This document shows, one piece after another, positions 44,011 to 64,000 of a DNA stretch of 64,000 bases (positions are counted from its first letter, which is position 1; each line of letters opens with the position of its first letter). A program made the translations under genes and the position numbers. Source of the stretch: Podarcis tiliguerta (lineage: Eukaryota). The stretch is taken from NCBI GenBank assembly GCA_965153285.1, contig OZ229125.1; one strand, written 5' to 3'. The notes below the pieces were generated by a model. It was not told the origin of the DNA, made no database searches, and saw only the letters and a list, made by a program, of their open reading frames with translations.

Positions 44011-45086
44011 TGATGTCTTTAAATCATGGAGATTTAATTGAGTGGGTAGAACTCATACAATTATTTTGTTTGTGTGAGCTCTACCATGAAGCCAGTGGCT
44101 GGTGCCCATTGGGACTGGTAGGGCAGAATATAGGGAGACTGACAGTAGGCGGCACCAGAACCAACTAATTTTGGCCCCTTCATCCCTGATGAGGGCAACA
44201 CTGAGGAGGAAGTTGACAAGGAGTGACATCCCCCTGGAGAAAGGAGGCAGGCAGATGATTGGTGGGCCATTCACCCTGCTGGACCAGACTCCACGACATA
44301 AAGCACTTTACAGGTTAAGTATTCTGACTTGGGAGGATGATTATTCACCACACAGAAAACTTCCTGTGCTTTAAAGATTTTAACGTCTTGTGTATGATCA
44401 GTTGTACACCCTTTAGAAAATTAAATAAATATAAATATAAATAATTCAGTTGGGACACAAGATGGTTTGTGTCTCTCACTTTTTTTATACAAACAATGGA
44501 AAACATTTTTTGTTAGAGGTTGTCTTCTAACACACACTCTCTACCCGAGTCATGCCACACTCCAAGAGGAACGCTATGTAGTTCTAAGAGGAAGAAGTGT
44601 TGCCTTGGCATTGCTAGGAAATCGTGCGCAAGTAATGCCACAAACTTAAAAGTGTGAAGAGCTTGGAAGGAAATCTCACTGGAACTGATGTCACAGATCC
44701 AAAGCAGCAGCACCCAAGGGCTTGGGCCTGTGTTAAGTGGCATTCTCTTTCCTTTGAATGACATGCACACAGGCCATATCACAAATGGATTTTGAAGTCC
44801 TCTTCAACTTCAGAGGGCATTTTCTGTGCAACATGCCGTTCTAACAAGCCCAATTCAAAAGCTTCCTTCTTTGGTTCTTTGGATCCCAGCCAGTGCAATG
44901 TGCTTTTATTCCTGAGAGCCAGCCAATCCACACATTACATAGAATGAAAAGCAGAATTCTGAACTCTCCCACCTGAGCCTGTGGTTGGGATTTCATAGCT
45001 CTGAATATTCTCCCATGAAAGAAAAGCTCTCTAAAATGGGAACTGGGCTTGACTTAAAAAGAAAAGAAAAGCACTCTCTCAAAGGA

Positions 45087-45214
45087 CAGTGATGGCCAAA
45101 CCTGGCCTTCCAGCTGTTTTGGGACTACAACTCCCATCATCCCTAACAGGACCAGTGGTCAGGGATGATGGGAATTGTAGTCCCAAAGCAGTTGGGCCAA
45201 GTTGGCCATCACTG
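45087..45214. mobile_element. Short palindromic hAT MITE (one of many, e.g. ~5938-6079, ~11071-11215, ~55720-55860)
   Basis: CAGTGATGGCCAA ... TTGGCCATCACTG TIRs; internal ACTACAACTCCCATCAT / ATGATGGGAATTGTAGT inverted arms. Confidence 0.75.
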
Positions 45215-45697
45215 TCATAGAGGATAGAGCTCTCAGTGGCTCCCAGCCACAATGGCTACATGCCACCTACAGGATCAGAGGCAGACTGGCTCCGAAGGCT
45301 GGGAATCTCAGGTGGGGAGAGTCCTGCTCCACTCAGGCCCTGCTGGCCAGTTTCCCACTGTGGAACCTGGTTGGCCACTGAGAGAACAGGCTGGTGGGTG
45401 GGTGGGTCACTGGCCTGATCCAACAGGCTGGTCTTACGTTCTCTGTCTCTCTCTTTCTGAGGTTCTAGTTCAGTATATAAAAGGAGCAGACATTTTTTGC
45501 TTTAGTATGCAGGGAACATTAAAAATGCGCACTCTCCAATAGTTTGAAGCAGTGAAGTCCAGAATCCTGCCACCTTCCTCTGCATCATGCGCAGGACAGG
45601 CTCTCAGTAAACGTGTTTAGAATTAGCTTGCAAGGAAGCTTGCGTGTTCCTAAACGCATATCCAAACAAACACACAAACTATGTATCATAGAATAAG

Positions 45698-45703
45698 TTT
45701 ATT
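45698..45703 (-). terminator. Candidate distal ATP2A2 polyadenylation signal (SERCA2a terminal exon); second AATAAA at 45955-45960
   Basis: TTTATT on the + strand; GT-rich sequence downstream on the minus strand (+ AAACAAACACAC). Confidence 0.65.
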
Positions 45704-46547
45704 TTACCCGAAACCAGGATGGCAGGTGTGATGCTTGTCACCATCAGCATTGAATCAGACAATGTTATTTACAACTTCTAACAAAGAAAAAAGGTCACAC
45801 ATGCTGTTTTATGAACTAGGTTCATTATTAGGCTTTTGTTGTTAAGATAAAATGCACCACAACATGTGTATTGCACTGGTGTGTGTCTACGGCTTTAGAT
45901 TTAAATAAGTTACATTATTACAGTGCAAAATAGACCTATCTGCACACTCCAAGATTTATTTTTTTAAGCTGAAGTTATGGAATTGAAGGTTTAACAGTTT
46001 CTTAAACGTTCAGCAACAGTACCGTTGTCAACGAACCTGTATAAATAGAATTGCATATTGTACAGAGCTGTTTTTAAGTGTTATGTTGAGATACAATAGA
46101 GATTATCAGCTACTTACAACTGAAAGCATGCATTACAGTCCAATATTGTACATTTTATAAACTATGACATTTTACACAACGAAGTATGGAAAGAAAAAGA
46201 AAAAAGATAAAACTTGGCGAATCACCACTCATTAATTCTTGCTCAGCAGTTTAGGGAGACTTGTCTTCATGCAACCCCAAAACTTCTTCGCAGAGGTCTG
46301 TTTTATCAGTTAAAAACCATATTGCACATTGGTAGATCTGTATATAAACTGAAGCTTTTTAAGAGCACCACACACTTCCTTCGTGGAACACGAGTTTTCA
46401 GTTCTATTTTTTTCTCCCTCCTTAAGGAGAGATTTTTATTTTCCCATTTACAAGACTCATGCAGATGTTTTCGGTAGATGCGCTCCTAAAGACGCATGCA
46501 AGAAAATTAACCTTACAATTCTGCAAAATTTGTCTAGGACTAAGTGA

Positions 46548-62834
<16,287 letters not shown>

Positions 62835-64000
62835 CTAGCACTTATTTTTCAGGATTTTTATAATATGGGCTTCTTCCGCATACCTTTCTTTAGATCTTTG
62901 CCTCTATATTCTGGAGGAATTCATTTTATTCCCAGGAATTCATTTTAATCAAGAGTTTATATCAGCCAAAGTTTAATGTTTAGTCCACTCCAGGTAAGCA
63001 CAGCTATACTGACTTCAGAACACTCACCTTCATTGCCAGGTGTTGGGGAGTTTTAGAATCAGGCAAATGCTTCAGAAGCAGAGCCTGATGCCACTTTTTG
63101 AACCTGGAGCGACAGGAATGCAGCCTCAGACATGGAAATGTGGCATATGCTAGTCAATGTTCATTTAGCATGACCAGAACACAAGGAAGGTGAAGGGAAA
63201 AGACTTAGGGGGCATGCTGGGGAGGGGATAATTTTTCAGAAATTAACATGAGGACTGAGAAAGAGCCGGGGAGACGGCACTGCTGACAAGGTAGGTTTTT
63301 ACTGAACGAGGGTCTTGAAGAGGCAGGGGAAATGTTTTTTTTAAAGGAGCACTATAGTTTAAATAGAGATTGGAGCAGGAGGAGAGGACAGTGTTTACCA
63401 ATAAGGGATGAGCAAAAGACTGAACTCCAATCCCCAAGGAAAAACACCACCACCCCACCATAAGGAAAACCTTTTTCAAAAGAACACCCACCATTCAAAT
63501 GTATGCAGTTACTTTCCTTTCAAGCCTGCTGTGTATAAGCAACACGAGTAAATTCACATCGGCTTGGACTGGATAGTTTGGCAACAGACCATAATGCAGG
63601 AAAATAACCTCCAAGGATTACTTCTGTAAAAACTTCCTAAAGAGAAGGAGAGAGACTCTCTCTCTTTTCTACAGGAAAATCCTGCTTTACTGCTTTTATG
63701 TGCAAAGGCTTTCTTCCAAAATCTTACAGACACCGCTTTTCTGCATTACCTAATGGACTTGACACTAACAAAAAACAAAACACCCTCTCCCAGCTATATA
63801 GGATTAGAGAAATATTTTGATCTAAAAGAATGAAGAGCTCAATATTGCTACTTCAAAACAAATCTTTTTCTGAGGCAAAAGAGTCTGATGTTCCTATGCT
63901 AAGGAACCTTTCTGTTTTTTTGGCATCTGACTTCTTAAGAGACGGGCAGTTATGCAATACTCTGCAAGTAACCTTCTCTAGAATACAGATGAGCAGCTGC

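Overview
Eukaryotic genomic DNA from a squamate reptile, most likely a lacertid lizard (inferred from Sauria/Squam1 SINEs with (ACCTTT)n tails and Squam3-type SINEs with (TTC)n tails). The window covers the conserved vertebrate syntenic block GPN3(+, last five coding exons) - ARPC3(+, complete, 7 coding exons, 178 aa) - ANAPC7(+, complete, 11 exons, 565 aa) - about 13 kb of intergenic DNA - ATP2A2/SERCA2(-, exon 9 to the 3' end, with both the SERCA2b read-through tail and the distal SERCA2a exon). I read all exon boundaries by hand and they join in frame. Introns and spacers are dense in SINEs, hAT and Tc1/mariner MITEs, and CR1/L2/RTE/RTE-X fragments. There are no prokaryotic features and no CRISPR array, and I found no new multi-gene system. 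The best leads are: a candidate SERCA2c-like exon (VLSE*) in ATP2A2 intron 20; altered SERCA2 C-termini (MFLS, AKLE); a young polyadenylated retro-insertion with a perfect 17-bp TSD that looks like an L1 3' transduction; nested transposons that bring a CpG-rich hairpin array and six CCAAT boxes next to the ARPC3 promoter; a SINE with an 86-bp flanking duplication; a 5S-head/CR1-tail SINE-like chimera; two GC-AG introns; and a uORF whose stop overlaps the ANAPC7 start codon. Comparisons with human proteins and repeat families are from memory, not from database searches.
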